Below are positions 9,051-20,900 of a stretch of 64,000 nt of DNA, piece after piece (within the stretch, counting starts at the first letter, position 1; every line of letters begins with the position of its first letter). The DNA lies in NCBI GenBank assembly GCA_963764165.1, contig CAVXRD010000002.1:2464001-2528000 (forward strand), in the 5' to 3' direction. The notes beneath the pieces were generated by a model. The model searched no databases. It was not told the origin of the DNA and saw only the letters and a list, made by a program, of their open reading frames with translations. A program made the position numbers and the translations under genes. The stretch comes from an uncultured Verrucomicrobiae bacterium (lineage in GTDB: Bacteria; Verrucomicrobiota; Verrucomicrobiia; Limisphaerales; Palsa-1400).

Positions 9051-10971
9051 CATTGTCGGACAGACTGGGAGCAAGGATGCTTCGCAACCGGGTTCCGACC
9101 AATTCGAGGCTATCAATAGGCTCATTGAAAACCGTTTCCAATGCCAAAGGCGACACATGGCCAAACGTCGAGCAGTAGCTATGCGATCCGCAACCGGGGA
9201 ATATTCGCAAAATCGTGGCGATGGCCTCAAGCCAGAGTTCAAAGCTGATTTTATCGCGGGCTTGCGCAGGCGTCTCCCCTGAGCCGGCCAGAAAATGAGG
9301 GCTGATTAAATCCAGCAGGCGCGGCTGTTGCTTTGTTAAGGCCAGGAGCCGTTGCGCTGCGTCTCCCTTGAAAGGTTCGCTCCCCAGCAGGCGCGCCAGG
9401 CTGAGAACTTCGTCCAGGATGACGGGCAGATTGGTGGTGGAATTGGAAAGCAATGCGCGAACGGCGATCACGCCGACCGAGAATAAATCGCACGGTGAAC
9501 TCAGCAAAGGCCAGACTTCATACGGTGAGCGCGGGAAAGCTGTGCCCATGGCCCGCTTGAGGACTGCCAGGGTGCTGTCGCTGATTTTGGTTGGAATCGT
9601 CCGGAAACGCACTTCGCGGCTGCGAGAGCTGGTTGATTCGCTTGTGTAAACATGCGCATACAATTCCAGCCGCTCTTGCGCCAATGGCAGGCGAAACCAA
9701 AGCAAATCGTGGGGATCTAATGCCACATAATCTTCAGCCACAAGGCGTCCATCGAGCACCACCCCGTCGGTTTCGGCGGCCAGGCCACGGATGAATACGC
9801 TGCCCACGCCGGAAGATTGGGCGGCCAGCCCCTCCGGCAGGTAGGGCGAGGGCTCCGCCGAGCCCATGCGAATAAAGTAGCGCTGCTGGGTTGACGTGAT
9901 ATGGAGCGGAAAAGCCTGGCTGGGCTTGAGCAGCTTGCACTTTGCCGCCCACAGTGCCGGAAACAATTCGTTGGCTTCCGGCAGCGAAACGCAGAAGCTG
10001 GCGGGCGAAATGTTAAGCAGCGGCAATTGGTGAACTCGTATGCAATCCTGGACTTCGCGCATCATGTCCACTATGGCCGCCAGCTTCAGATAAAAAATCT
10101 CATTCAAGCGATCAGCGTGATCGCCGCCGCCAAAGCGCAAGAAAGGCAAGCCGCGGGCGCGCGAGGACCACTCTTCAAGACGTATATATGCTTTGACACC
10201 GAGCAGCCGCGTGGCCCAGGAATTGGCGCGGCCCGCATCCCATGGCTTTCCCTCAAGCACCTGGAAATAATCCTCCAATTCCAATGCATGAAACCGGCTT
10301 GCCTGAATCAATCCGGCGCACGGGTTAAAAACCACTGCCTCGGGGGCGCCGTCCTTCATCCGGTCCTTTGGCTGCACGTGTGAATTGGAAGGCGCCTCTT
10401 CCGTAAGGGCCAGGAAATTTGGGTGGCCGGCCCCGCCATCGAATAGATAGCGGTGCGGCGATTTCGTGTAGGCCGGGAGATTGCAGGACTCGAGCACGCC
10501 ATCATCCTTGCAAAGGCGCCAAGCCGAGCTTGTCACGGAGGCGAAACCTGCGCTATTGATGCGCCGGGGCTGGATAAGCAGGGGGCTTGGATTGGACGTT
10601 TCCAAGCCTGTTGTGAAGACAACATCGGGGCAGCGGGAAACACGGTCTTCGAATTCTTTGCGCCATCGCTGGTCGAAAGACGTGTTGGTCAATTGGCCCC
10701 GATAGTTGATCAACTCGGTATTGCGGAAATCAAGGGTTTGCACCCAAATCTCAAGCCAGTCAACGATCCGGCCGGACGCATCGGTGATCGCTCCCAGATA
10801 GACGCTGGCGCCGGGGATCTCGCGCAGGAGAACAAACCAATTTCCCAACGGGTCCGGCTCCGATCGGACCAGGACGCACATGGAGAGCGCGCCGACGCAA
10901 TCCGGTTGGATCGGCGCCAAAGAACAGCCTGACTCAGGCGGCAGGCGCTGCATCGAGTTTCCACTATCCAT
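9001..10971 (-). CDS. Hypothetical protein with degenerate kinase-like motifs, divergent from the T6SS genes
   Basis: Long ORF (~656 aa); HQLPLLNISPASF resembles kinase subdomain VIb and CDLFSVGVIAVRALL resembles subdomain IX. Confidence 0.7.
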   Translation of the reverse strand: MDSGNSMQRLPPESGCSLAPIQPDCVGALSMCVLVRSEPDPLGNWFVLLREIPGASVYLGAITDASGRIVDWLEIWVQTLDFRNTELINYRGQLTNTSFDQRWRKEFEDRVSRCPDVVFTTGLETSNPSPLLIQPRRINSAGFASVTSSAWRLCKDDGVLESCNLPAYTKSPHRYLFDGGAGHPNFLALTEEAPSNSHVQPKDRMKDGAPEAVVFNPCAGLIQASRFHALELEDYFQVLEGKPWDAGRANSWATRLLGVKAYIRLEEWSSRARGLPFLRFGGGDHADRLNEIFYLKLAAIVDMMREVQDCIRVHQLPLLNISPASFCVSLPEANELFPALWAAKCKLLKPSQAFPLHITSTQQRYFIRMGSAEPSPYLPEGLAAQSSGVGSVFIRGLAAETDGVVLDGRLVAEDYVALDPHDLLWFRLPLAQERLELYAHVYTSESTSSRSREVRFRTIPTKISDSTLAVLKRAMGTAFPRSPYEVWPLLSSPCDLFSVGVIAVRALLSNSTTNLPVILDEVLSLARLLGSEPFKGDAAQRLLALTKQQPRLLDLISPHFLAGSGETPAQARDKISFELWLEAIATILRIFPGCGSHSYCSTFGHVSPLALETVFNEPIDSLELVGTRLRSILAPSLSDNDEIASIVREQLLHLDS

Positions 10972-11183
10972 CCGGTTGTCAGTAACGGAAAGAGTGGGCG
11001 ATTGCAAAACAAATTAGGGAATCCCCCCGCTTGCATTCAAGACTGGGCTGATTGTCTGTCAAGAAGGAATAATAGCCGCTTCTTCCCCGCGAATCATCTC
11101 GTGGCATGCGCCTGCGCCAGAAGCGTTGGACTCGCTGGGAACCAATGCGCACCCAATGCCCCGGAACAAACAATTGCTTTAGC

Positions 11184-11211
11184 TTGACTCGGGATGCGGG
11201 TTTCATATTAT
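11184..11211 (+). promoter_or_regulatory. Putative sigma70 promoter of the tssJ-like gene
   Basis: TTGACT-16 nt-TATTAT, 26 nt upstream of ATG 11238. Confidence 0.5.
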
Positions 11212-11237
11212 CGGCGGTCGGAAAACCTTTAATTGAC

Positions 11238-11744
11238 ATGAAATCAACAAATTGCAAATTTCCTTGTCTCGTGACGGTCGTGCTGGCAGCTCTCCTTGGT
11301 GCTGGTTGTAAAACGCCCCTTCCCAAGCCTTTAACGCTTCAGATTAAAAAGACGGCGACAGGCTCGGTAGATGTTGATGTGGTTGGAGTCCAGCCGAGCG
11401 ACAAAGACCAATTAGCCAGCATGAAGCCCGATCAGTGGTGGATGCAGCCGCCCAACGACATCATCCGCAAAGGGTACGGTGACATGATGGTCACCACTAA
11501 TTTTAAGGATGGTGACACTTGGGTCATTGATCCAACCAACCCCATTTGGAGCAAGTGGTTGGGCGCGGGAGTTAAGGAGTTGATGGTCATCGCCGATCTG
11601 GATCGCGTGCATTTCAACGACAACTCTGATACGCGCCGGAAATTTGTCACCCTGTCGCCTTCCGCATGGCCGAAGGATCGGCGAGTCGAGATCCAGGTGC
11701 AGGACGGCCGGGTGTGGGTGATGACGCCAGAAGTCGCTAAATAG
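11238..11744 (+). CDS. tssJ: Lipoprotein, TssJ-like T6SS membrane-complex subunit
   Basis: Lipobox LGAG-C; about 168 aa beta-rich (GVKELMVIADL...VEIQVQ); first gene of the T6SS run, and no other TssJ candidate is present. Confidence 0.6.
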   Translation: MKSTNCKFPCLVTVVLAALLGAGCKTPLPKPLTLQIKKTATGSVDVDVVGVQPSDKDQLASMKPDQWWMQPPNDIIRKGYGDMMVTTNFKDGDTWVIDPTNPIWSKWLGAGVKELMVIADLDRVHFNDNSDTRRKFVTLSPSAWPKDRRVEIQVQDGRVWVMTPEVAK

Positions 11745-11822
11745 CTGGCGTCTTCATGACTGGCGCGCGGATATTGGGGCGGGTCTGCGCGCGGCGGCAC
11801 TCCACCTCCTCCCAAACACACC

Positions 11823-14780
11823 GTGCCAACTTTCGGAGAATATGAAACTATTGGCGAACCGGTTGCCTCGCAGGAAGATGCCGGCCACCAGTCAACCGTC
11901 TGGATAGCGAAGAAAAGCGGCCCTCAGGACGGGCGGTTCTACGCTGTTAAAGTCTTCACTCCACAGCAAGATTCCAAACCCCGCCCCGGCGGCCAATTGG
12001 AAGCGGATCTGGGGCTGGAGTTTCTCGAAGGGGTCAAGCTGGTCAAAAAGGCGCAAGGCGCCCAGCCGCAGTGGCTCACGCCGATCTATGGCTTCGCGCG
12101 CACTCCCGACGGACAGAGCGCCTGGTATGCAACCGACTTCTACGGCGATGCTGCCTCCCGGCTTTCGCGTTCGGCGCAGTCTTATATTTCCCGGGGCGGC
12201 AGGGTGGATGGGCCAGCCCTGCGGCGGATAGTTTACAGCATTGTGTCCGGATGTCTGTCTTTGCAGCGGTCTCGCGGTTATTCTCATGGCAATCTCAAGC
12301 CGGGCAACATTTTTCCTGTGGGCCGGCCACGTCCCTTGCGCAAGACGAATTTTCATCTGGCGGACGCCGCTGCGGTGGCCCCGGCCCAATTGGCTGGCGT
12401 GCGGCCTTCGGATCGCCAGACAGTCGACAAATTGCTCCAGCAAACAATTGAAGCCCGGGACTTGCGAGCCGTGGGAGAGTTGATTCTGCAATTGGTCGAA
12501 GGGCGGTTGGTGGCGAATAGCGACGATATTGATTATCCCATTCCCAACTCTGGAGCCTGGGAGCGTCTCGGCAAGGAACGGGAGGCATGGCGCACCCTGT
12601 GCAATCGGCTGATCGATCCTCAATTGTCGATTGAACAAGTCAACCTCGACCTCCTGGAAAGGCAGTTTCGCCCAAGCATTATCGATAACCAATTGCCGGT
12701 GATTATTGGCACGGTTTTCGTTGCCGCCCTCCTGGCTGGAGGAGGCTACCTGGGATGGAAGTCTTACGTTAAACACAAGGAAGAGATTGCGCGCAATGAT
12801 TCCCAGAAATACACGAATGCGCTGGAGCGGGCGAATACTGCGCTAGCCTCCAATGAACTTGACAGGGCGCTGGTTGCGGCGACCGAGGCCGAAACAATTA
12901 GGCCGGGGGATTCCGCCGCGGGAAATATTATAAGCCAGGTCAAGGAAGCGAAGAAGAAAACTACGGCCGCCGAGGCCGAGAGAGTTTATTCAGCGTCGAT
13001 GACCAAAGGGAATGCGGCTTTGGTAAAGTCCAATTTCCTAGTGGCGATTTCCGAATTCCAGAATGCGTTGAAGATCAAGGAGGGTGATCCTGATGCGGCG
13101 GCGGGCCTCAATGCAGCGCAAAAGGGGAGCGCGTATAACGACGCAGTCGCGGACGCCCGAAAAGCGCTGGAGTCGGGCGATTTCAACAGCGCGCAACAGG
13201 CGGCAGACAAAGCCAGAGGGATCAGGCCGAGCGGCGCCGAGGTCACTGAACTCGACAATCAGATAAAGGCCGATCGGCAAAAGGCTGCGGACTACGCTAT
13301 AGCACAGGGCAAGCTCAAGGAGGCCAATGAGTTAAAGAAGTTAGCTAACGCTCTTGCGCGGGCGAAGAAAGCGCTAGAGGCGAATGAACTTTCCGATGCC
13401 CTTGCCGCGGCGACCGAGGCCGAAACCATTAGGCCGGGGGATTCCGCCGCGGGAAATCTCATAAGCCAGATCAAGGAAGCGCAGAACAAGGAAGCAAAGA
13501 AGAAAACTACGGCCGCCGAGGCCGAGAGAGATTATTCTGCGTCAATGACCAAAGGGAATGCGGCTTTGGTAAAGTCCAATTTCCCAGTGGCGATTTCCGA
13601 ATTCCAGAATCCTGATGCGGCGGCGGGCCTCAATGCAGCGCAACAGGGGAGCGCGTATAACGATGCAGTCGCGGACGCCCGAAAAGCGCTGGAGTCGGGC
13701 GATTTCAACAGCGCGCAACAGTCGGCGGACAAAGCCAGACGGATCAGGCCGAGCGGTGCCGAGGTCACTAAACTCAACAATCAGATAATGGCCGATCGGC
13801 AAAAGGATGCGGACTATGTCGAAGCTATGAGCCGAGGAGAGGCCGCCTTGAAAAAATTCGAATACACGGCGGCGATTTCAAATTTCATCAATGCTGTGGC
13901 CTTGAACTATAAGCAAGATAATGCCAAAGCGCAGACCCAGCTTGAGAAGGCCAAAGATTCAGGGTGCGCTCATTTTGTCGAGCTCGGCCGAAGTGCGTTG
14001 CTCTCGGGTAATTCAGCCAAAGCGCTGGAGTATGCTTTGGAAGCCCAGAAATTTAAGGCGACCAGCCCCGAGGCAAGCAAACTCATTAATGATATCAATA
14101 GTCCACCGATACCGCCCGCGCCAATAACCAATGTAATTGCCGTAAATCCGCCGACTACAAATCCACCGCCCGCCCCAGTTGGCGCTCCTTTTGCGACCAA
14201 TATGATCGGAATTGATTTTCTATGGGAACCAACCATTGCAAAATATGTCGCCGCAACGGAACTTTCTCACCAACAATATACAAAGTTGTGCCAGGAAGCC
14301 GGCAAGAACCCCCAGCAGCAAGATGAGCCGGTGAGGCCCTACCAACCAGAGAAATTCGCCTCCCAGAAATTCGCGAAGCAATTTGCAGCCGACCTTGATG
14401 CTTTCGCTTTTTCCAAGACAAAGTGCCACCTGCGTCTGCCCTCGCTGGCGGACTACTGCACCTTGGCTGAAGTGGATATCAATGGCAATAAGCCGCATAT
14501 TTTGGATTTCGACAAAAAGAAAGATGATAAGGAGTTGGTTGAGTTCGCGACGCCCGATCCCGCAGACGTTAATTCTGGCCCAACGAATGATTATCATGGC
14601 TTGATATACTTGATTGGTAACGTCGCCGAATGGACGAGCGATTACGAAAACCCGTTTGGCAGTAGCTATGCGCACATCGGAAGTTCTGCCAAAATCACCC
14701 TGCTTCGAAAACCAAGTCCCGCCGAAACCGTTGGCGTTCGGTTGATTCTGGAACCCGAGCCGCAACAAGCACGAAATTAG
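11823..14780 (+). CDS. PpkA-like pseudokinase - TM - TPR repeats - FGE-sulfatase (TagR-like) domain fusion
   Basis: YAVKVF, SHGNLKPGNIF, HLADA, DLRAVGELILQL; TM VIIGTVFVAALLAGGGYL; TPR-like helices; TNMIGIDF, LRLPS, GNVAEWT, VGVRLIL. Confidence 0.85.
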   Translation: MPTFGEYETIGEPVASQEDAGHQSTVWIAKKSGPQDGRFYAVKVFTPQQDSKPRPGGQLEADLGLEFLEGVKLVKKAQGAQPQWLTPIYGFARTPDGQSAWYATDFYGDAASRLSRSAQSYISRGGRVDGPALRRIVYSIVSGCLSLQRSRGYSHGNLKPGNIFPVGRPRPLRKTNFHLADAAAVAPAQLAGVRPSDRQTVDKLLQQTIEARDLRAVGELILQLVEGRLVANSDDIDYPIPNSGAWERLGKEREAWRTLCNRLIDPQLSIEQVNLDLLERQFRPSIIDNQLPVIIGTVFVAALLAGGGYLGWKSYVKHKEEIARNDSQKYTNALERANTALASNELDRALVAATEAETIRPGDSAAGNIISQVKEAKKKTTAAEAERVYSASMTKGNAALVKSNFLVAISEFQNALKIKEGDPDAAAGLNAAQKGSAYNDAVADARKALESGDFNSAQQAADKARGIRPSGAEVTELDNQIKADRQKAADYAIAQGKLKEANELKKLANALARAKKALEANELSDALAAATEAETIRPGDSAAGNLISQIKEAQNKEAKKKTTAAEAERDYSASMTKGNAALVKSNFPVAISEFQNPDAAAGLNAAQQGSAYNDAVADARKALESGDFNSAQQSADKARRIRPSGAEVTKLNNQIMADRQKDADYVEAMSRGEAALKKFEYTAAISNFINAVALNYKQDNAKAQTQLEKAKDSGCAHFVELGRSALLSGNSAKALEYALEAQKFKATSPEASKLINDINSPPIPPAPITNVIAVNPPTTNPPPAPVGAPFATNMIGIDFLWEPTIAKYVAATELSHQQYTKLCQEAGKNPQQQDEPVRPYQPEKFASQKFAKQFAADLDAFAFSKTKCHLRLPSLADYCTLAEVDINGNKPHILDFDKKKDDKELVEFATPDPADVNSGPTNDYHGLIYLIGNVAEWTSDYENPFGSSYAHIGSSAKITLLRKPSPAETVGVRLILEPEPQQARN
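12810..13815 (+). repeat. Recent ~0.5-kb internal tandem duplication of a TPR block
   Basis: GCGACCGAGGCCGAAAC at 12879 and 13410; near-identical DNA over ~400 bp; copy 2 lacks the 24 bp equivalent to 13065-13088. Confidence 0.9.
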
Positions 14781-14986
14781 CCGTGAGATCGATGGTCAAT
14801 AAGACAGATGCGCAGTCATTTGTAAAAAAGAGGACAAAACACTTGACGCCTCTCAGGGAATTCTACTACAAAAGCATCGTCTTCAGGATGATGTGCGTTG
14901 AGCAAGCACTGTCGCGGGTGTGACCGTAATATCCTGACGGTCAAGAATTAGCTGTTATGGGGCAACAGAGCAGAATAAGTCTAAAA

Positions 14987-17900
14987 ATGAAAAAACTACA
15001 TTTCAAGATCCTGGCTGTTTCAACGTTAGTTCTTGCCCCATCGGTATTTGCCAATCCTTTGGGGGGTATCGTTGCCAGCGGTAATGCCGCCATTCATCCC
15101 AGCGGGAGTCTTCTGACGATTACCCAAACCACGCCCACGGCCATCATCAACTGGAGTTCTTTCAACATTGGGGCGGGTCAGTCTACCATCTTCCAGTTCA
15201 CCGGCGCGGCCGGGGCCAATTCCTCGGTGCTCAACCGAGTCAATTCAACTAGCCCATCGGTTATTTCAGGTTTGCTGGAATCTACTTTCGGCCCCAAAGG
15301 GGCAATCGGCGGCACGGTGTTGGTGCTAAATCCTAATGGCATCCTTTTTAGCTCCACCGCAACTGTCAACGTCGGCAACCTGACCGCTTCTACTCTGGGC
15401 ATTTCGGATAGCGCGTATCTCAAGGGGGGAACCTTGTCGTTGGCCGGCGGTTCGACCGCTCCGGTCGTCAACGAAGGTTACCTTCATGCCTCGGGCGATA
15501 TTTTCCTGATTGCCAACAGTGTCCAGAACTCAGGTGCGATTGATGCCGGCAACACGGCGGGTCTAGCGGCCGGCAACAGTGTCACTCTCATGCAATCGGG
15601 TTTGGAGCGTCTCACTGTCAATGCCAGCCAGCCGGGCGGCGCGTCCACGGGCGTGAATAACACCGGCGCCATCCAGACGGCGGTGGCGGATCTGGCGGCC
15701 GCGGGAGGCAATATCTACGCGCTAGCCATTAATAATGGCGGCGTCGTGCGCGCCACCACTGTAACGGAATCGGGCGGACACATTTATCTGCAAGGCAATG
15801 GCGGCAAGGTTGTCAACTCCGGCACCTTGGATGCCTCGGCCACCAAGGGCGCGGGTGGCGCCGTTGAAGTCACCGGTGGCAATGTTTCTTTGACAAGCAG
15901 CAGCGTCATCAACGCCAGCGGCCCTTCCGCCGGCGGCACGGTGCTGGTGGGCGGTGGCTCCCACGGGACGGATTCATCGATTCCCGATGCCACTGCGACG
16001 ACGGTGGCCGCGGGCGCCACGATCAATGCCAGCGCCACCGCCGACGGCAACGGCGGCAACGTGGTTGTTTGGGGAAACAGCGATACCTTTGCGGGAAACG
16101 TTACCACCAAGGGCGGGGTTTCCGGGGGTAATGGCGGTCATGTGGAGGTTTCAGGGGATACGCTCGGTTTTAAGGGCATGGTTACCACAACTGCGCCCAA
16201 GGGCAGTTCAGGTATGTTGCTGCTGGATCCGGTTGACGAAACGATTGACAACAATCCTGCCGACGTAGGTGCTACTCAATGGAGCACTCTCATCGCCCAG
16301 AACACGCCTCAAACGATCACGGCCAACCATTTGACTCTTGAGGCCACACTGGGTGGCTCTCCTTCCGTTGATTTGGCTTCTGCCCAAAATTACACCTTTA
16401 TTGCGGAATCGACTCTCGTAGACACGGCGATTATAAAAAACACCCAAGCTACTTCTTCGACGACTCTGAGCCTTCAAAGCGGCGGCTCGATGACAATTAG
16501 CGGGGCAATCAACCTCGGCCCGACCGGGGGCACTCCGGTGGGCACAATAAGTTTGATGAGCGCTGGCAACGTTAGCATCGGAGCCGACCTGGCCGCTTCC
16601 ACTGTCAGCGTCCAATCCGGCTCCACGGGCCTGGGCGGGAACATTTCCTGGGCAGCCAACAACTTGACAGTCTCCGCTGACACCCAGATTTACCAGGCCG
16701 GCGACGCTGGCAGCACCACGTCATACGCGGATCTCAGCGGCAATGTGAGCGGGCACGCTCCCCAGTTCTTGAACGCGGCGGGCAACGACATACCATCATC
16801 GTTTGTATTCGAGCAAGACGCCGCTATTGGTGGGGCGGGCCAGACGCCGCTCCCGGCGATCACTCAGTTTGGCCCTTCGAGCAGCCCTGTCAGCAGCTTG
16901 GTCAATGCCTCGGCGAACCCAATGGCCTACACCGTCCAATCTGACGGAGGCGACGTAACGCTGGCAAGTGGCGTAGGGGCAAATGTGGCGGGGAGTGCCT
17001 TGACGTTGAACGCAAACGGAACAGTCAATCTCAATGACAGTCTCAATTTAGCGTCCCTCGGTGTCACTGGCCCGAGCATTAACTTCAACGGCGGCAGCGT
17101 GACCACGGTCGGTGGACAGATTTATAGCGGTGCGTCCACTTTGGTCAGCGACGAGGTCAATACTGGCACGACAATCAACTACACCGGGACAGTCGACGGG
17201 GGTTTCAGCCTGAAGGATATCGGCTCGACCACCTTCGGCGAAGCAGTGGGCGGGACGGCACCCCTAGCCTCGGTGACGGACACCGGAACGACGGCGATCA
17301 ACGGGGGGAGCGTGGCGACGAGCGGGGCGCAAACTTACAATGATCTAGTGACACTGGGAGCCAACACTGCATTGAACAGCGGGACCATTGAACTGGCCGG
17401 AGTGGCGGGAGCGGGCTTCAATTTGACGTTGAACAACACGGGCGCGGCGACCTTGAACGGAGTGGAGAGCGGGATCGGCACCCTGACGGCCTCAGCTAGC
17501 GCAGGCGCCTCGCTGACCGTGGACAACACAATTTCGGCCGGATCGCTGGTTGACAATCAAACCACGACGCTGAATGGCACGGGCGGCAGCGAGACCATCA
17601 CCACGACAGGCGGCGACCAGAATTACACTAAGACAGTGACGCTAGGAGCAAACACGACGCTGAACAGCGGGACCATTGAACTGGCCGGAGTGACGGGGGC
17701 AGGCTTCAATTTGACGTTGAACAACACGGGCGCGGCGACCTTGAACGGGGCGGAGAGCAGCGTCGGCACCCTGACGGCCTCGGCCAGCCCAAGTGCCTCG
17801 CTGACCGTGGATAACACAATTTCGGCCGGATCGGTGGTTGACAATCAAGCCACGACGCTCAACGGCACGGGCGGCAGCGAGACAATAACCACCACGGGCG

Positions 17901-20900
17901 GCGACCAGGATTACACCAAGACAGTGACCTTGGGTGCCAACACGACGCTGAATAGCGGGACCATTGAACTGGCCGGGGTAACGGGTGCAGGCTTCAATTT
18001 GACGTTGAACAACACGGGCGCGGCGACCCTGAACGGAGCGGAAACCGCCGTCGGCACCCTGACGGCCTCAGCCAGCCCGGGTGCATCGTTGACGGTGGAC
18101 AACACAATTTCGGCTGGATCGCTGGTTGACAATCAAACCACGACGCTGAATGGCACGGGCGGCAGCGAGACCATCACCACGACAGGCGGCGACCAGAATT
18201 ACACCAAGACAGTGACGCTAGGAGCAAACACGACGCTGAACGGCGGGACCATTGAACTGGCCGGAGTGACGGGGGCAGGCTTCAATTTGACGTTGAACAA
18301 CACGGGCGCGGCGACCTTGAACGGGGCGGAGAGCAGCGTCGGCACCCTGACGGCCTCGGCCAGCCCAAGTGCCTCGCTGACCGTGGATAACACAATTTCG
18401 GCCGGATCGGTGGTTGACAATCAAGCCACGACGCTCAACGGCACGGGCGGCAGCGAGACAATAACCACCACGGGCGGCGACCAGGATTACACCAAGACAG
18501 TGACCTTGGGTGCCAACACGACGCTGAATAGCGGGACCATTGAACTGGCCGGGGTAACGGGTGCGGGCTTCAATTTGACGTTGAACAACACGGGCGCGGC
18601 GACCCTGAACGGAGTGGAAACCGCCGTCGGCACCCTGACGGCCTCAGCCAGCCCGGGTGCATCGTTGACGGTGGACAACACAATTTCGGCTGGATCGCTG
18701 GTTGACAATCAAACCACGACGCTGAATGGCACGGGCGGCAGCGAGACGATCACCACGACAGGCGGCGACCAGGATTACACCAAGACAGTAACGTTGGGAG
18801 CCAATACGGTGTTGGGTGGTGCTACCATTGAACTTTCCGGAGTGACGGGGGCAGGCTTCAATTTGACGTTGAACAACACGGGCGCGGCGACCTTGAACGG
18901 GGCGGAGAGCGGCGTCGGCACCCTGACGGCCTCAGCCAGCCCAAGTGCCTCGCTGACTGTGGATAACACAATTTCGGCCGGATCGGTGGTTGACAATCAA
19001 GCCACGACGCTCAACGGCGCAAGCGGCAGCGAGACCATAACCACCACGGGCGGCGACCAGGATTACACCAAGACAGTGACCTTGGGTGCCAACACGACGT
19101 TGAATAGCGAGACTATTGAACTGGCTGGCGTGGCTGGGGCAGGCTTCAATTTGACGTTGAACAACACGGGCGTGGCGACATTGAACGGAGCGGAGAGTGG
19201 GTTGGGGGCTTTGACCGCCAACGGCACTGGAAGCTTGGTGGTGAACAACACGATTGCCGGAGCGTCGGTGAGCGACAACGAAATCACGGCGCTGAGTGGC
19301 GGCAGCGTGGCGACGACAGGAACGCAGACCTACAGTGACGCCGTGACATTGGGAGCCAATGATGTGCTGACCAGCACCGGGACGGGAGTGGCTGGAAACA
19401 TCACGTTTGCCTCGCCTGTGAATGGAGCCGACAGCCTGACGGTGAACACATCTGGAACTACGACCTTTAGCGGGGCGGTGGCTGTTCAGAGCCTGACAGT
19501 GGACCAGAGCGACACCCTTGGAAGCATTGCTTTGAATGGCGGGGCAGTCACGACCACGACCGGGCAGACGTATGACGCTGCGGTGACGTTGGGAGCCAAC
19601 ACAGTGTTGAAGGATACAGGAACTGGAGCGATCACGTTTGGCCCGTCGGCGACGATAACAGGGACGAGCGAGACGCTGGACGTGGAAACCACAGGAGCCA
19701 CGGCGGCAACCTTTGGGGGGGCGGTGAATGTTCAGAGTCTGACAGTAGAGCAGAGTGACACCCTCGGAAGCATTGCTTTGAATGGCGGATCGGTCACGAC
19801 CACGGCCGGCGGGCAGACGTATGGCGGCGCGGTGACTCTGGGCGGAAACACTGCGGAAACTTTGACAGCCGGAACAGTAACCTTCGGCGGGCCGGTGAGC
19901 GAGGCGAGCGGCCAGAACAATAACCTGACGGTCGGCGGCGCGCTAATCGTTAACGGCGGCAGTGTCAACACCGGCACAGGCAATCAAACTTATGGCAGCA
20001 CCGTGACTGGCAGTGGTGATGTGGCGCTCACCGGGGGCGCCTTGCAGGTCACTGGCGCCTTCACCGCGCCAAACGGAACTCTTACGGCAAACGGCGCGCT
20101 GACCGCAGGGAATATCGTATCTGCCCAAAATGTCGGTCTGACCACAGCCACTATTGCTGGCGATTTAACCGCGACGACAGGAAGCGTCGGTTCAAGCGGG
20201 ACGATCAGCGCACAAAACATTTCAGCCAGTCAAGCCATCGACGTGGGTGGCATTGGCAACAGCGGTAATGTCACTGCCGGAACGAGCGTAACTGTGAACG
20301 GTTCAGCCAACTTGACTGGAGCGCTGACAGCCACCGCGGGCAGTGTGGCCACTGGTAATGTAAATGCGGCGTTGATTACCGCCGCGACCGGGGTATCGGT
20401 GAACGGGAACGCCACCGTTACCGGCGCAATCTCCTCAACGACTGGCAATTTAGCCGTCGGCGGGGCCAACAACACAGTTCAAGCTGGCTCGGTCACAGCC
20501 ACGGCAGGCAGCGTGAGTTTGACAGGAACAACGACCACGGGAGCTGTCACCGCAGGCGAGAATGTCAATTTGACTGGCACCACCACGGCGACAACGATTA
20601 GCACCGGATCCAGCGGAAGCATCGCGTCAAGCGGTGGAAATCTGACGGCCAGCGCTTTGATGGCTGGCGAGGGAATTACAACCGGGAACGCGAACGTCAG
20701 CGGCGTGATCAATGCCGGCAATGGCGGATTGTCCGCACCGGGCGCCACAATCAGCGCCTCGTCCATCTCGGCTGGAACCAGCGTTACGACCGGGAACGTC
20801 ACCGCAGGCTCCATTGCGGCGGGAACAGGGGTGACAGTGGCCGGGAACGCCACCGTTACCGGCGCAATCTCCTCAACGACTGGCAATTTAGCCGTTGGCG

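Noticed and set aside
9051..9242. Extended N-terminus of the GH13 ORF
   Set aside because: Overlaps the upstream gene by about 240 nt and looks non-coding; a later start is more likely
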